A DNA stretch of 64,000 bases from a virus (lineage: Duplodnaviria > Heunggongvirae > Uroviricota > Caudoviricetes), in the IMG/VR virus record IMGVR_UViG_3300030616_000569; one strand, written 5' to 3'. The notes beneath the pieces were generated by a model. It was not told the DNA's origin. It made no database searches and worked only from the letters and a program-made list of their open reading frames with translations. The position numbers and the translations under genes are program-made. The first letter of the stretch is position 1, and each line of letters opens with the position of its first letter. Below are positions 20,097 to 30,161 of the stretch, one piece after another.

Positions 20097-21460
20097 GTGA
20101 TAATGTGAATAGAATCATTAGTATTATTGTGGCCATCTCTATTTTGCTTTCTTTGTTTGGATTTCATTTGATAGAAGAAGCAGAATCACAAGGGGTTTCA
20201 AATATTGTCTGGATATCAGCTGATTGGCATTGTGATATAGAAGATAAAGCAAATGCAAAAGGAATACATTGGCATTGTGATTGGGGTGATTATACAAATG
20301 GTAATACATGGGATGCAGTAAATGATACTAATGATATGAAAGTTGATTATGCTTGGATTGTAGGAGATTGTATTTCGTGGTTTGATGCTGCTGCTGGGTA
20401 TCCTGGTGTTCCAGAAGCTTGGCGTAGATTTGGTATTTATTGGAGTAATCTAACTATAAAATATGCAAAAAACTTTACTATTGGTAATCATGATGGTCGA
20501 TTTTTCGATGAAGATGATACTGACACACCATACGATCTAGGTCTTCCAAGATCACAGGGTACAGGTGGTGAATGGTATAATTTTACTATTGGTAATACTT
20601 CTAGTGGTGGTGTGAAATTCATTTGTATGGCTGATGAGGATACTGCTGATGGAAGTCAATCTGGAAATGGTGTTGTATCACAAGTTCAATATGATTGGGT
20701 AAATAGATCAATATGGGATGCTTATAATAACAGTCTCAATGTTTTCATATTTATGCACCAAAAACACTCTGGATGGTTCTCTGGAAGTGAATCTTCATCT
20801 ATTGTTACAGGAAAACCAATCAATACTATTCTCAATTACTGGAATAATCAACGGAAGCCTGTATCTTTATATTCATGTGGGCATTCACATGATACTGCAT
20901 TGAATAACAATGATTGGATTGAAGTGAATTATGGAACAAATTGTATGCTAGTTGGTAGTCTTGCATTTTATTCCAGTGATGGTGGTGCACACTACCCACA
21001 ATCACGTTATCTTTATTTCACTAATGAATCAACCAGTGTTACAATAAAGACATATAATCATACAGGTAATGTATTCAATGATGCAGTCGAGTACACATTT
21101 GATATGTTGTATCCATGGAATCCAGTATATAGAGCAGTTAATGCAACACCACCAGTTTATATGAATCTCAGTGACTTTTGTGGTTTTTCAAATGGATCAA
21201 ATATCAGTTCTAAATATACATATTGGGGTAATTTCAGTGATCCAGTACATCAGAATATAAATGTCAGTGGAATACATAATAATTCTCTTATACTTGATAT
21301 TGAAAGATACGAAATAGAAATTTCTTCAAACAAAGCATTCAGTGTATTAATAGCAAATGAAGTTATGACATCAAAATGGTTTAATCTTACAACTGATATA
21401 TCAAATCGTGGTAACATGTATGTTAGATATAGAGCATATGTAAAGGTGAGATCTCCTTGA
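20072..21460 (+). CDS. secreted calcineurin-like metallophosphoesterase (purple-acid-phosphatase-like)
   Basis: Signal anchor; motifs ISADWHCD, WIVGDCISW, TIGNHDGRF, FMHQKH, SCGHSHD match DxH..GD..GNH(D/E)..H..GHxH phosphoesterase signature. Confidence 0.6.
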   Translation: MGFRKIFIGDNVNRIISIIVAISILLSLFGFHLIEEAESQGVSNIVWISADWHCDIEDKANAKGIHWHCDWGDYTNGNTWDAVNDTNDMKVDYAWIVGDCISWFDAAAGYPGVPEAWRRFGIYWSNLTIKYAKNFTIGNHDGRFFDEDDTDTPYDLGLPRSQGTGGEWYNFTIGNTSSGGVKFICMADEDTADGSQSGNGVVSQVQYDWVNRSIWDAYNNSLNVFIFMHQKHSGWFSGSESSSIVTGKPINTILNYWNNQRKPVSLYSCGHSHDTALNNNDWIEVNYGTNCMLVGSLAFYSSDGGAHYPQSRYLYFTNESTSVTIKTYNHTGNVFNDAVEYTFDMLYPWNPVYRAVNATPPVYMNLSDFCGFSNGSNISSKYTYWGNFSDPVHQNINVSGIHNNSLILDIERYEIEISSNKAFSVLIANEVMTSKWFNLTTDISNRGNMYVRYRAYVKVRSP

Positions 21461-22170
21461 TTTATCGTTCCTCTAGTATATTTTTATTATTCATATTTAT
21501 TATCATAGCATCTGTCAATGTTTCTGGTGACTCTTATGAAACAACAAATAAGGGAACATGGGGAATAAGTGCTTCTGTCATTTCACCTGATGATTATTAT
21601 GATGTTGACTCAAGAGGAACGTGGGGAATAGAAGCTAATGTGATTGATGCACCACTACCGATAACATATAAAATAGATAGAAGTGGTGTATGGGGTATAT
21701 ATTTAAATGTGTTACCACCTCCATCATATAAAATAGATAGACGTGGGACATGGGGAATTACTGTATATACTGATTATTATGTTTGGTCTAATTATTCCAG
21801 TGTGTTTTGGATAACACACGATCAATCGATATCTTCGAGTGACAAAAAAGAATATCCACAAAATGATCCAGAACCAGTTGATGAAACAATTGATGATGAA
21901 ATATCAGATGTTGATAAAGGTGATAAACAACAAACTGCCATACCACAGCTATATTTTATTATTGGTATATGTTCAACTGTTGTTTTCATTGTTGTTATTA
22001 TGACAGGAAATGTTCCCTCAATTCCTTCAATAAAGGAATCAATTCACATACCAAAAAGACCAGAAGTGCAAAATATTCAAATAAATAGAACAACAAGTAA
22101 TAAGAATAATAAAAGTATAGAGATTGACAATAATGATAAGGATATTACTACTATAAATATTAAAAGGTGA
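21457..22170 (+). CDS. membrane protein with four (R/K)GTWGI repeats
   Basis: NKGTWGISASVI / SRGTWGIEANVI / RSGVWGIYLNVL / RRGTWGITVY at ~20-aa spacing; TM helix; Lys/Asn-rich tail. Confidence 0.5.
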   Translation: MIYRSSSIFLLFIFIIIASVNVSGDSYETTNKGTWGISASVISPDDYYDVDSRGTWGIEANVIDAPLPITYKIDRSGVWGIYLNVLPPPSYKIDRRGTWGITVYTDYYVWSNYSSVFWITHDQSISSSDKKEYPQNDPEPVDETIDDEISDVDKGDKQQTAIPQLYFIIGICSTVVFIVVIMTGNVPSIPSIKESIHIPKRPEVQNIQINRTTSNKNNKSIEIDNNDKDITTINIKR

Positions 22171-24164
22171 TAATAGTGGCTAAAAAGAAAAGAATAAGGA
22201 TTGTTGATACTGATATTGGCGACTCAAAAAAAGAAACACGAATTATAAGAGAAGATGTTGTTAAACATGTTAACAATGTTAAACCAACAGCGACATTCGT
22301 CATAGTAGTTGTTATCATCGTCCTTTTCTCAAACTTTGTATTTATTCCATATTTTATTGAAAATTATGTTGATGTCAGACAAAGTGATGTATTAACACTT
22401 GAGGATTTAGCTGGATATGCAACTCGTGGTGATCTAAATAATGTTACTAAAGTTGTTGCTGTTGCAAATACAAAGAGCTATCATACTGATATGAATTGGT
22501 CTAATATAACACATATGCCATCAGGATTTGCTGACGATTCTGATAATGGTACAGGTGGTAACACATTCGATCAGGATTTGAATACAACTGATACACCACT
22601 GTTTGACTATCTACAACTGACTTCAGGATCTCTCAATCAAGATAATTTGGCAGATAATACAACTGATCAACTTTCTGAAGGATCAACTAACAAATACACT
22701 ATGTGGAATCAATCAACTGCTTCTGACATTTGGTATGATGGGTCTGTCAATATAACAGGTGTTTTAAAGATAGAGAATGAAGATGCAAATCTAACACTTT
22801 ATGCATCTGATGGGTCAAGAAATCCTCATATTAATTTTTGGCGTGGTGATTGGAAATCTGACGCTTATGTTGATTATCAATTAGAGAATGATGGTGGTAA
22901 TTTCTATCTTAGGACACTTTATAATGGTGTTGAGTTGACGCCAATAACAGTTCAGTATAACAGTCATATTGGTCTCAATACAACATCACCAGGGTATGTT
23001 CTTGATGTAGATGGTAAGACAAGATTACAAGATAATGTTTTTGTCAATGGAACACTAAACTTGAATTACATAAAAGCGAGTGATGCAAATGGACTTATGA
23101 TAGGTGATGACAGTTATGATGGTTATTTGTTTTTCGAGAATGGTGGACAGATTGGTATTAATACAGACTCACCAACTATTGACTTGCATATTTATGAAAA
23201 TTCTGGTACAGCTGGATTAAGACTACAAAGTGATAATGGTAATGCATTTGATTATTACAAAGCAGGATATCATGGTAGCCAAGAGTGGCAGGTCGGTGTG
23301 CTCAATGCTTCTAATCACTATCAAATAAACACAAATTCACCATATATACAATGTATTGATATTGACAATGAAACTGGATATGTCGGAATTGGTGATGCAA
23401 CTCCTTCATATGATCTTGATGTAGTCGGTGATATTCGTTGTACTGATGATATGTTTGTTAACGATGATCTCGGTGTCGGTGGATCAATGAGTGTTGCTGG
23501 AGGATCAATTTCTATTTCTGCTGGTGCACCAATGCTGAAATATACTGAAACAGATGACGGAAATTACGCTCGACTTGGTGTAGATTCTGGTTTTCTTTTC
23601 TATGATTATGATGTTGATCAAGATGGTGGTTTTACACCATACTCTCGTCTTATAGTCCTTGATAAAAATACGACTTATTTCAATCAAAATATGAATGATA
23701 TAAATTTTAGAATATACACGAGAAATAACATTGAGGCATTCTATATAGATGGTGGAAATAGTCGTGTTGGTATCGGAACTAATACTCCTCGTGGTCTTCT
23801 TGATATTCAAACCAAAAATTCTGGTGCTGATATTAGTCAATATTTTGGATATCTTGATTATGGATTTTATTGGACATACAATGGTGCTGCTACAGGAAAC
23901 AAAAATGCACTTGAGTTGTGGACTGATGGTGCAGGTGGATTAGATGTACCTGTATTTGAAGTAGAACAAGATGGACAATTGTCTTTTAATCAAAGTGTTG
24001 GTATTGGAACCAACACTCCATCATACGAACTTGATGTCAATGGTGATATCAGGTGCACAGATGACCTCTATGTTGATGACCAGATGTTAATGTCAAATGG
24101 TGGAACAACATGGAAAATATATGTAAATGCATCAGGTATACTAACATGGGAGATGGAAATATGA
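22167..24164 (+). CDS. membrane-anchored fibre-like protein with tail-fibre-type VGIGTxxP repeats
   Basis: GTG start; TM near N-term; repeated IGINTDSPTIDLHI / VGIGDATPSYDLDVVGDIRCTDDMFV / VGIGTNTPRGLLDI / VGIGTNTPSYELDVNGDIRCTDDLYV, a motif typical of phage/virus tail-fibre and receptor-binding proteins. Confidence 0.55.
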   Translation: MIIVAKKKRIRIVDTDIGDSKKETRIIREDVVKHVNNVKPTATFVIVVVIIVLFSNFVFIPYFIENYVDVRQSDVLTLEDLAGYATRGDLNNVTKVVAVANTKSYHTDMNWSNITHMPSGFADDSDNGTGGNTFDQDLNTTDTPLFDYLQLTSGSLNQDNLADNTTDQLSEGSTNKYTMWNQSTASDIWYDGSVNITGVLKIENEDANLTLYASDGSRNPHINFWRGDWKSDAYVDYQLENDGGNFYLRTLYNGVELTPITVQYNSHIGLNTTSPGYVLDVDGKTRLQDNVFVNGTLNLNYIKASDANGLMIGDDSYDGYLFFENGGQIGINTDSPTIDLHIYENSGTAGLRLQSDNGNAFDYYKAGYHGSQEWQVGVLNASNHYQINTNSPYIQCIDIDNETGYVGIGDATPSYDLDVVGDIRCTDDMFVNDDLGVGGSMSVAGGSISISAGAPMLKYTETDDGNYARLGVDSGFLFYDYDVDQDGGFTPYSRLIVLDKNTTYFNQNMNDINFRIYTRNNIEAFYIDGGNSRVGIGTNTPRGLLDIQTKNSGADISQYFGYLDYGFYWTYNGAATGNKNALELWTDGAGGLDVPVFEVEQDGQLSFNQSVGIGTNTPSYELDVNGDIRCTDDLYVDDQMLMSNGGTTWKIYVNASGILTWEMEI

Positions 24165-26353
24165 AAATAAGTTATATCATAATGATATTGTTGTTTGTTC
24201 TTTTGTTACTATTTGTCAATAGTGCAAATGCTGGAACTGTCGAATATAGAGGACAACTTAATACATTTACTGCTATACGTTTTTATGATCATAGTGCTGG
24301 GACATATACAGAGAGAACTGCAAGTGGAACAAGTATTCAGTATTTTGAGACTGATGCTGTTACTGGTGATGCATTGATGTTCCAGTCTAACTCATATAGT
24401 GGAAAATATGGAAACATAACATTTGATGTTTTAACAGCAGTTGTTCCTGATGGTGCATACACATATCAATGGGAATATTGTGTTCGTGGAAGTTCTACTA
24501 CTGATGATGATTGGCTTCCTCTCCATGGTGTTGTTGATGAGACAAATGGATTCCAGAATGTTGGTAAAGGAAATGTAACATTTGAGATTCCAGAGGACTG
24601 GGAGAATTTCATTAATCCTAGCAATGTCTGTACTTGGTACTGTTGGAACATAAAAATAAATATAACATCATCAACTGGTTTTTCTGGTGGTGGTGGTGCA
24701 CAGGACGCAGTTTCAATAAAAAAAGTAGAAGAGGGGTTTTACTGTTCTGGATTTAGCAGTGCTGCACCATGCACAATGAATGATATCTATAACCAAGCTG
24801 TCATTGATGGAGTTGATGGTACTGTTATTACAAGATCTGGTAGTTATTATAACGTCAATTGCACAATACGTACATCATCAACAAGTGGTGATTTTGTGAC
24901 AAAAAATGAGACAATAGAATTCAATAAAGGTTGGGACTCATTCTTTTCTGATAAAGTTCAAATCGGGCAAATATCAACTGGATCAAAATGTATGTATGGT
25001 TCAACTCTTATATATCATATGAATGATTCAAATCTAAATGGATATATCTGTGGAGCAGATTCTGAGATATATGGTGCAAATATAATTCACATTGTTGATC
25101 CTGAAGCAAATTCTTGGAATGGTCATTGGGGTGGTACATTGGGAGACAAAACAGGACAAACGATATATCAGACGTTTATTTCTGATATTCGGCATTGTCA
25201 ATTTTCACTTGATGAAAATGCAATTATTGGTATTGACATTTTCAGTGCACATGTTGAACCACCTGGTGCTATTATTCAAGATGTAACATGTTATGATACA
25301 GCACAATGTTTTAGACCAAAAAACAATAATGATGATGATTTTGTTCACCAGTGTGATATGTCAGGAACGGTATCGAATTGCATTAACCCATGGCAAGTGC
25401 ACAGTGTTGCTCCACACTGGAAAATGGATTTTGTTGATTGTAATTGGGGTACTGTTGCGAAAGCAAATCGTGCATATTGGCAATACTCTTCATCTGTTGC
25501 TTATTATCAACCAAGGTTGTATGAAACATATTCTATGGAGCTTCGTCTAATTGATGAATTAAACAATAATTTATCTGGTGCCACTGTGACATTAGATGAT
25601 AATGATGGCAACCAAATATTTTCATACACTACAAATGAAAATGGTTTTGTAGGTGTAGATAATGGAACAATAACGCAACGGACATCTAGTACAATGATGG
25701 ATAGTTCTAAGTCATGGTCTACAAATCAATGGTGGTTTCATGAAGTTCTAATAACATCTGGTAGTTGCAAAGGTGCAAGAAGAATCATTCATAAAGGAAA
25801 TAATGGAACTGAAATCACGGTTGCACCAAATTGGGCAACTGTTCCACCACTCGGATCCAATTATGTCATTATTCCATATATAAGATGTGCAAATATGACA
25901 CCAAAAACAACCAAATCAACATGCACTTCAAATTATACATATCTTGGTCCATTTACAATGAATATAACAAAAACAAATTATGAGTCGTATACTTCAGTGT
26001 TTGATATGACTGAAGCATACAAAGGCATAATTGTATTAGAGAACAGAACGTGGGATTATGATGTTGATCCAATATGGCAAGTATTGAACACAACTGACAC
26101 AACTGTCTTAAAGCTCAAGGATAGTGGTGACCTTGCTATTGCTGGTGACTTATATGAGAATACAAATAGTCCTCCTCCTGGTGCAACAATAGTGTTCCAA
26201 ATGAATGATCGAATGTGGCTGGAAGACAGTGGTGATTTATATGTGCGTGGTTTTCAGTATGATAAAATGACTTTGATTAATGGCATAGCAACAATTGTTG
26301 GAGTATGTAGTGTTGTGTATTTGCGTTTGAAGAGAAGAAAAGAAGAAGTGTGA
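24161..26353 (+). CDS. secreted surface protein with C-terminal TM anchor + basic tail
   Basis: Track start 24110 overlaps upstream gene; ATG at 24161 gives signal peptide MKISYIIMILLFVLLLLFVNSANA with ATGA overlap; Cys-rich, sequon-rich; C-term IATIVGVCSVVYLRLKRRKEEV. Confidence 0.6.
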   Translation: MKISYIIMILLFVLLLLFVNSANAGTVEYRGQLNTFTAIRFYDHSAGTYTERTASGTSIQYFETDAVTGDALMFQSNSYSGKYGNITFDVLTAVVPDGAYTYQWEYCVRGSSTTDDDWLPLHGVVDETNGFQNVGKGNVTFEIPEDWENFINPSNVCTWYCWNIKINITSSTGFSGGGGAQDAVSIKKVEEGFYCSGFSSAAPCTMNDIYNQAVIDGVDGTVITRSGSYYNVNCTIRTSSTSGDFVTKNETIEFNKGWDSFFSDKVQIGQISTGSKCMYGSTLIYHMNDSNLNGYICGADSEIYGANIIHIVDPEANSWNGHWGGTLGDKTGQTIYQTFISDIRHCQFSLDENAIIGIDIFSAHVEPPGAIIQDVTCYDTAQCFRPKNNNDDDFVHQCDMSGTVSNCINPWQVHSVAPHWKMDFVDCNWGTVAKANRAYWQYSSSVAYYQPRLYETYSMELRLIDELNNNLSGATVTLDDNDGNQIFSYTTNENGFVGVDNGTITQRTSSTMMDSSKSWSTNQWWFHEVLITSGSCKGARRIIHKGNNGTEITVAPNWATVPPLGSNYVIIPYIRCANMTPKTTKSTCTSNYTYLGPFTMNITKTNYESYTSVFDMTEAYKGIIVLENRTWDYDVDPIWQVLNTTDTTVLKLKDSGDLAIAGDLYENTNSPPPGATIVFQMNDRMWLEDSGDLYVRGFQYDKMTLINGIATIVGVCSVVYLRLKRRKEEV

Positions 26354-26354
26354 T

Positions 26355-26903
26355 ATGATGTCATCAAATAGGGATAGGATTCTTGAAAACTTAGAGATGA
26401 CAAAACGTGGTATTCCTCTAAGCAAACGTGTTAAAGATACATATACAAAAGGTCTTCAACTTCAATGGTGCTATCAAAATCATTGGGATGAGATAAAGAA
26501 GATATTCAATGACTATAAGATAGATATGCGACATCAGTCACCGATTATCACGATACAGTCACTTAAAGAAGTAAAACTTGCTAGGGAGTTAACTGAAAAA
26601 TTGAAAGATGATCCAGAGATAAGAAAGTTGGCAATGTCTGTTTCATATCCTTTAAGAAATGTATATCCCTCTCCCAATATTTCAGAGAAAGATCTAATTG
26701 ATGGAACTATTTTTATAGTAATGCTTCGGTTGATACCTTACTATTGCTTAGAATTGGGTAAAAGTGCTTTAGAATCGTTTTTCGAAAATGGTAATAGATC
26801 TAAGTTTCTATCCGATTTATTTAATACCCATGGTACAATCATAGAAACACAAAATAGCTTTGAGTTAGCTGTCAAAAATATGTTGAAAGAAAACTCTAAA
26901 TAA
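26355..26903 (+). CDS. hypothetical cytoplasmic protein
   Basis: 182-aa ORF, no TM, no motif. Confidence 0.5.
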   Translation: MMSSNRDRILENLEMTKRGIPLSKRVKDTYTKGLQLQWCYQNHWDEIKKIFNDYKIDMRHQSPIITIQSLKEVKLARELTEKLKDDPEIRKLAMSVSYPLRNVYPSPNISEKDLIDGTIFIVMLRLIPYYCLELGKSALESFFENGNRSKFLSDLFNTHGTIIETQNSFELAVKNMLKENSK

Positions 26904-27049
26904 GTGTTAGTCAATATACATCAATATTGGATTCTCAAGGTAGCAGGAAGGAATCCACTGATGAGATTATTGAGTGATATACTTATGCAATATTTTTTTG
27001 AATATTATTATATAATGTCTATCTCATCAAAATAACAGAGGAATTTAGA

Positions 27050-28345
27050 ATGATGAAGAAATTAATTTTTTTGGTGTTTTTATTGATGTTAACACCTATG
27101 GTAGCAATGACGACATCTGCAACAACAATAGACATTGATTTTCTGCATGGATCAGCTGATGTTTGTCCAATAAATAATGCAACAATAAGTAACCACACAA
27201 CAACTGGTGATTTTACTGATATCACAGTGAACATATCTCAGGTTTCATATGGTACTCTAGTTGTTGTTTCATCAAATGATATATTACCAATATCATATTC
27301 GTTTGTGAATAACACAAAATACTACAACTATATTTTGACAAATGGAACAACAACTGAACAATTGAATATATCTGTAGATTATAGCTCAATAAAAGTTCCT
27401 CAATCACCAGAGGAGATGATGATAAATAATCTTACTATAGAAATAAAGAATCTCAAAGATGTGATAGATGAATTGAATAATACTATCATAACTCTTGAGC
27501 AAATCACCAATGAAAGTAATCTTACAGTAATATCCTTGAAATCAGAACTTGAAAATAAAACGAGTGATCTTGCTGACCTTCAGTTACAATACAGTGAATT
27601 GATTGTTACACATTCTGTATTAGAAAATGACTATGATATTTTAGATCAAGAGAATGATGTTTTAAAAAGTAATGTTTCTTCACTAGAACAATCAAATAGT
27701 GCATTAGCTGTTTTAGTGAGTTCACAAAGTGATGATATAGATGCACTAAATGATAAGATCGATGATTATAAATCGTTCGAAGATCAAGTTCTTAGTCCAT
27801 TCGTAATGGGATATGATAATGTTGATACTGGTGATGGACACATATTTTTTAATGTACCATCATTTGTTATTGGTGGAGGAATATTTTCTGCACTTGTTGT
27901 TATTATGATGAATTTTAATTCATTCAGTAGTGGAAAGACAATAAGAAGTGTTGGAAAAACAATTCATTTTCCATTTCTATCCAAGGGTGATAAATTAACA
28001 CCACAAGAGTGGGACATGATTGATGATAATGATCCTATGCCAAATGTAGAAAAGGAGTTTTTAGAATATAAGGGTCCAGCAAAGGATAGTGACAAAAACA
28101 TTAGTGATGCTACTGACACTAATAATATTGAAAAAAAGGATAACAATGTGAGTAGTGAAACAAATCATGAAGAGAGTTCAACCGATAAAAATTCTGAAGA
28201 ATCAGACAAAAAGAAATCAGAAATTGCTGATAATACCAAAGTTGTGAAGAAGAAACAGAAATTAAATCCAAGTCAAAAAGAGTATTGGAAAACACCGAAA
28301 GGAATGGCACATAGAAAAAGATTAAGTGAAATGGCAAAGGAATAG
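27050..28345 (+). CDS. secreted coiled-coil protein with TM segment and acidic/Lys-rich C-terminal tail
   Basis: Signal peptide; long heptad-like region (LTIEIKNLKDVIDELNNTIITLEQ...); hydrophobic segment FVIGGGIFSALVVIMM; KEKE-like tail. Confidence 0.55.
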   Translation: MMKKLIFLVFLLMLTPMVAMTTSATTIDIDFLHGSADVCPINNATISNHTTTGDFTDITVNISQVSYGTLVVVSSNDILPISYSFVNNTKYYNYILTNGTTTEQLNISVDYSSIKVPQSPEEMMINNLTIEIKNLKDVIDELNNTIITLEQITNESNLTVISLKSELENKTSDLADLQLQYSELIVTHSVLENDYDILDQENDVLKSNVSSLEQSNSALAVLVSSQSDDIDALNDKIDDYKSFEDQVLSPFVMGYDNVDTGDGHIFFNVPSFVIGGGIFSALVVIMMNFNSFSSGKTIRSVGKTIHFPFLSKGDKLTPQEWDMIDDNDPMPNVEKEFLEYKGPAKDSDKNISDATDTNNIEKKDNNVSSETNHEESSTDKNSEESDKKKSEIADNTKVVKKKQKLNPSQKEYWKTPKGMAHRKRLSEMAKE

Positions 28346-29051
28346 TGATACTGTGGAATTCAAGGTAGCATATTTGTATTACATAATGATTGCTGCTGCT
28401 GTTGGTTTTTTGTTTGTAGATGACAGTGTGATGGAAGTTCCTACAATGGCAACCGCCTGTGCTTTTTTTCTTATGTTGATAATATCAGCAGATCAATCTT
28501 GGAAGGCATTCAGAAGACAAGGTAGAGCAGCAATTATAAAAACACTAAAACCAGATGATGGTGGTCATTCTACAATTCATCCAGATGATATATCGATCGC
28601 TATGTCACCATCTGATGATACGTCTAAACTCCCGAATTTTGCAGTTTTTGCAACTGGTGGTTTTGTTCATGGTGGTGTAGAATGGCAAGGTGATGAAAAT
28701 TATTTTGTATGTCCACCAGAACATATTGAGCAAACTGGTTCAGCGTTGATATGTAGTACAAAATTTAGAAAGGTTGATTTTGATGACTTACAAGATTATA
28801 TCCAAGCTGAGTTATTGAAACTTAAATTCTTTTCTAAGAAGATGGTTTCACTTAAACATAATTTATGGTTTGGAATGACAAGTAAACTTGATGGTACATC
28901 AACAACGAATATGCTTACCGCTGAATCTGGATTTCTTGATCAGACTGCATTCATCAATCAACTTAAGAAATTAATACGTGATAAGAGTGATGCTACGACA
29001 CCAAGTGGAAAATCATCATCACCAATAACATTTAATATTCCGGAGAGATAA
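28326..29051 (+). CDS. membrane protein
   Basis: 241 aa; two N-terminal hydrophobic helices. Confidence 0.45.
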   Translation: MKWQRNSDTVEFKVAYLYYIMIAAAVGFLFVDDSVMEVPTMATACAFFLMLIISADQSWKAFRRQGRAAIIKTLKPDDGGHSTIHPDDISIAMSPSDDTSKLPNFAVFATGGFVHGGVEWQGDENYFVCPPEHIEQTGSALICSTKFRKVDFDDLQDYIQAELLKLKFFSKKMVSLKHNLWFGMTSKLDGTSTTNMLTAESGFLDQTAFINQLKKLIRDKSDATTPSGKSSSPITFNIPER

Positions 29052-29052
29052 T

Positions 29053-29247
29053 ATGGCATTAATATCGAAAGTATCTTATTGTAGATATTGCAGTGCAGAT
29101 GCTCACGATCTTAGAGTGATATATTCAAGCAAGTATACATCAAAATGCGGGTTCTGCGGAAAGATGTTATTTAGGATTCCAGCTGATAATCGCAAACCAT
29201 ATTACTATTTAAAGGAGATGCCAAAATATGAAAGAGGATTTAGGTAA
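29053..29247 (+). CDS. small Zn-ribbon protein
   Basis: CRYCSADAH...CGFCGKM (two CxxC pairs), 64 aa. Confidence 0.45.
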   Translation: MALISKVSYCRYCSADAHDLRVIYSSKYTSKCGFCGKMLFRIPADNRKPYYYLKEMPKYERGFR

Positions 29248-29764
29248 TCCACAAGAAGATATCCAATATATGATTGAGCCTCCTCGTGATCTTCATGAGT
29301 TGTATATGAGGTTGAGGGCACAACTTTCTTCCTCTAAATCATTTCATAGTTATTACATGAAGTTGATATCAATCGTAAAAGTCGGATCAAAACTCCTTCC
29401 AACAACAAAGGATTGCACTAGGATATCGAATGATATAAAAGAGTATCTATCTAGTCCAGAAGCTTATCCTGGAAAAAGACAGATGGAGAGAATAGGTGAT
29501 ATGTATCAGATGGGAAATGATTCTACTGGTCTGATCTGTGTTAATCAACATGATATTGAGATTGGTCTTAATGAAGCATTAGAGCAACAAATGACACATC
29601 TTCTTCCAAAACTAAATAGACTTGACAGTGATACAATGGACGCATTGATTGAGCATGGTATAATTGAAAAGAAAAGACCAATTCTTGAGGATCTTTTGAT
29701 TGATCAAACTATGAATGAATTAAGTTCAATGATACAGGCTAAGGCAAGTGAAAGGAATGAGTGA
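29228..29764 (+). CDS. hypothetical protein
   Basis: 178-aa ORF. Confidence 0.45.
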   Translation: MKEDLGNPQEDIQYMIEPPRDLHELYMRLRAQLSSSKSFHSYYMKLISIVKVGSKLLPTTKDCTRISNDIKEYLSSPEAYPGKRQMERIGDMYQMGNDSTGLICVNQHDIEIGLNEALEQQMTHLLPKLNRLDSDTMDALIEHGIIEKKRPILEDLLIDQTMNELSSMIQAKASERNE

Positions 29765-30161
29765 ATTACTAAAGGAAGAAGCAAAAGTAGGTGCAATGCT
29801 CAGATATATGACTGGTGATGTTGCATTATCTCTCAAACGTGATTTACAGAATTTATATGATAATTCAGATGTTGGGAAAATGTGCGCAAAGTGGCATTGG
29901 CTTTTGGTAAAATACTCTCCAGATCCTGTCATGGTAAGGAAATATATATCTATTATAGAATTTGCATATGAATATGGTATTTCTCTTGAAGACATGAAAT
30001 CATGGAAGAAAACTATGAGAATTGTGTTACCTGAAGAGTTTATGTACAAAATGGCCAAATTCACTCAAGTTCCACAGATTGCTGTTATGGATGACACACA
30101 CGCTGAATCAAGAGAGAATTTTATAAAAGAGTCACGTGACTCATCTGAGGTCGTATGGTAG
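29748..30161 (+). CDS. hypothetical protein
   Basis: 137-aa ORF overlapping neighbours. Confidence 0.45.
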   Translation: MKGMSELLKEEAKVGAMLRYMTGDVALSLKRDLQNLYDNSDVGKMCAKWHWLLVKYSPDPVMVRKYISIIEFAYEYGISLEDMKSWKKTMRIVLPEEFMYKMAKFTQVPQIAVMDDTHAESRENFIKESRDSSEVVW

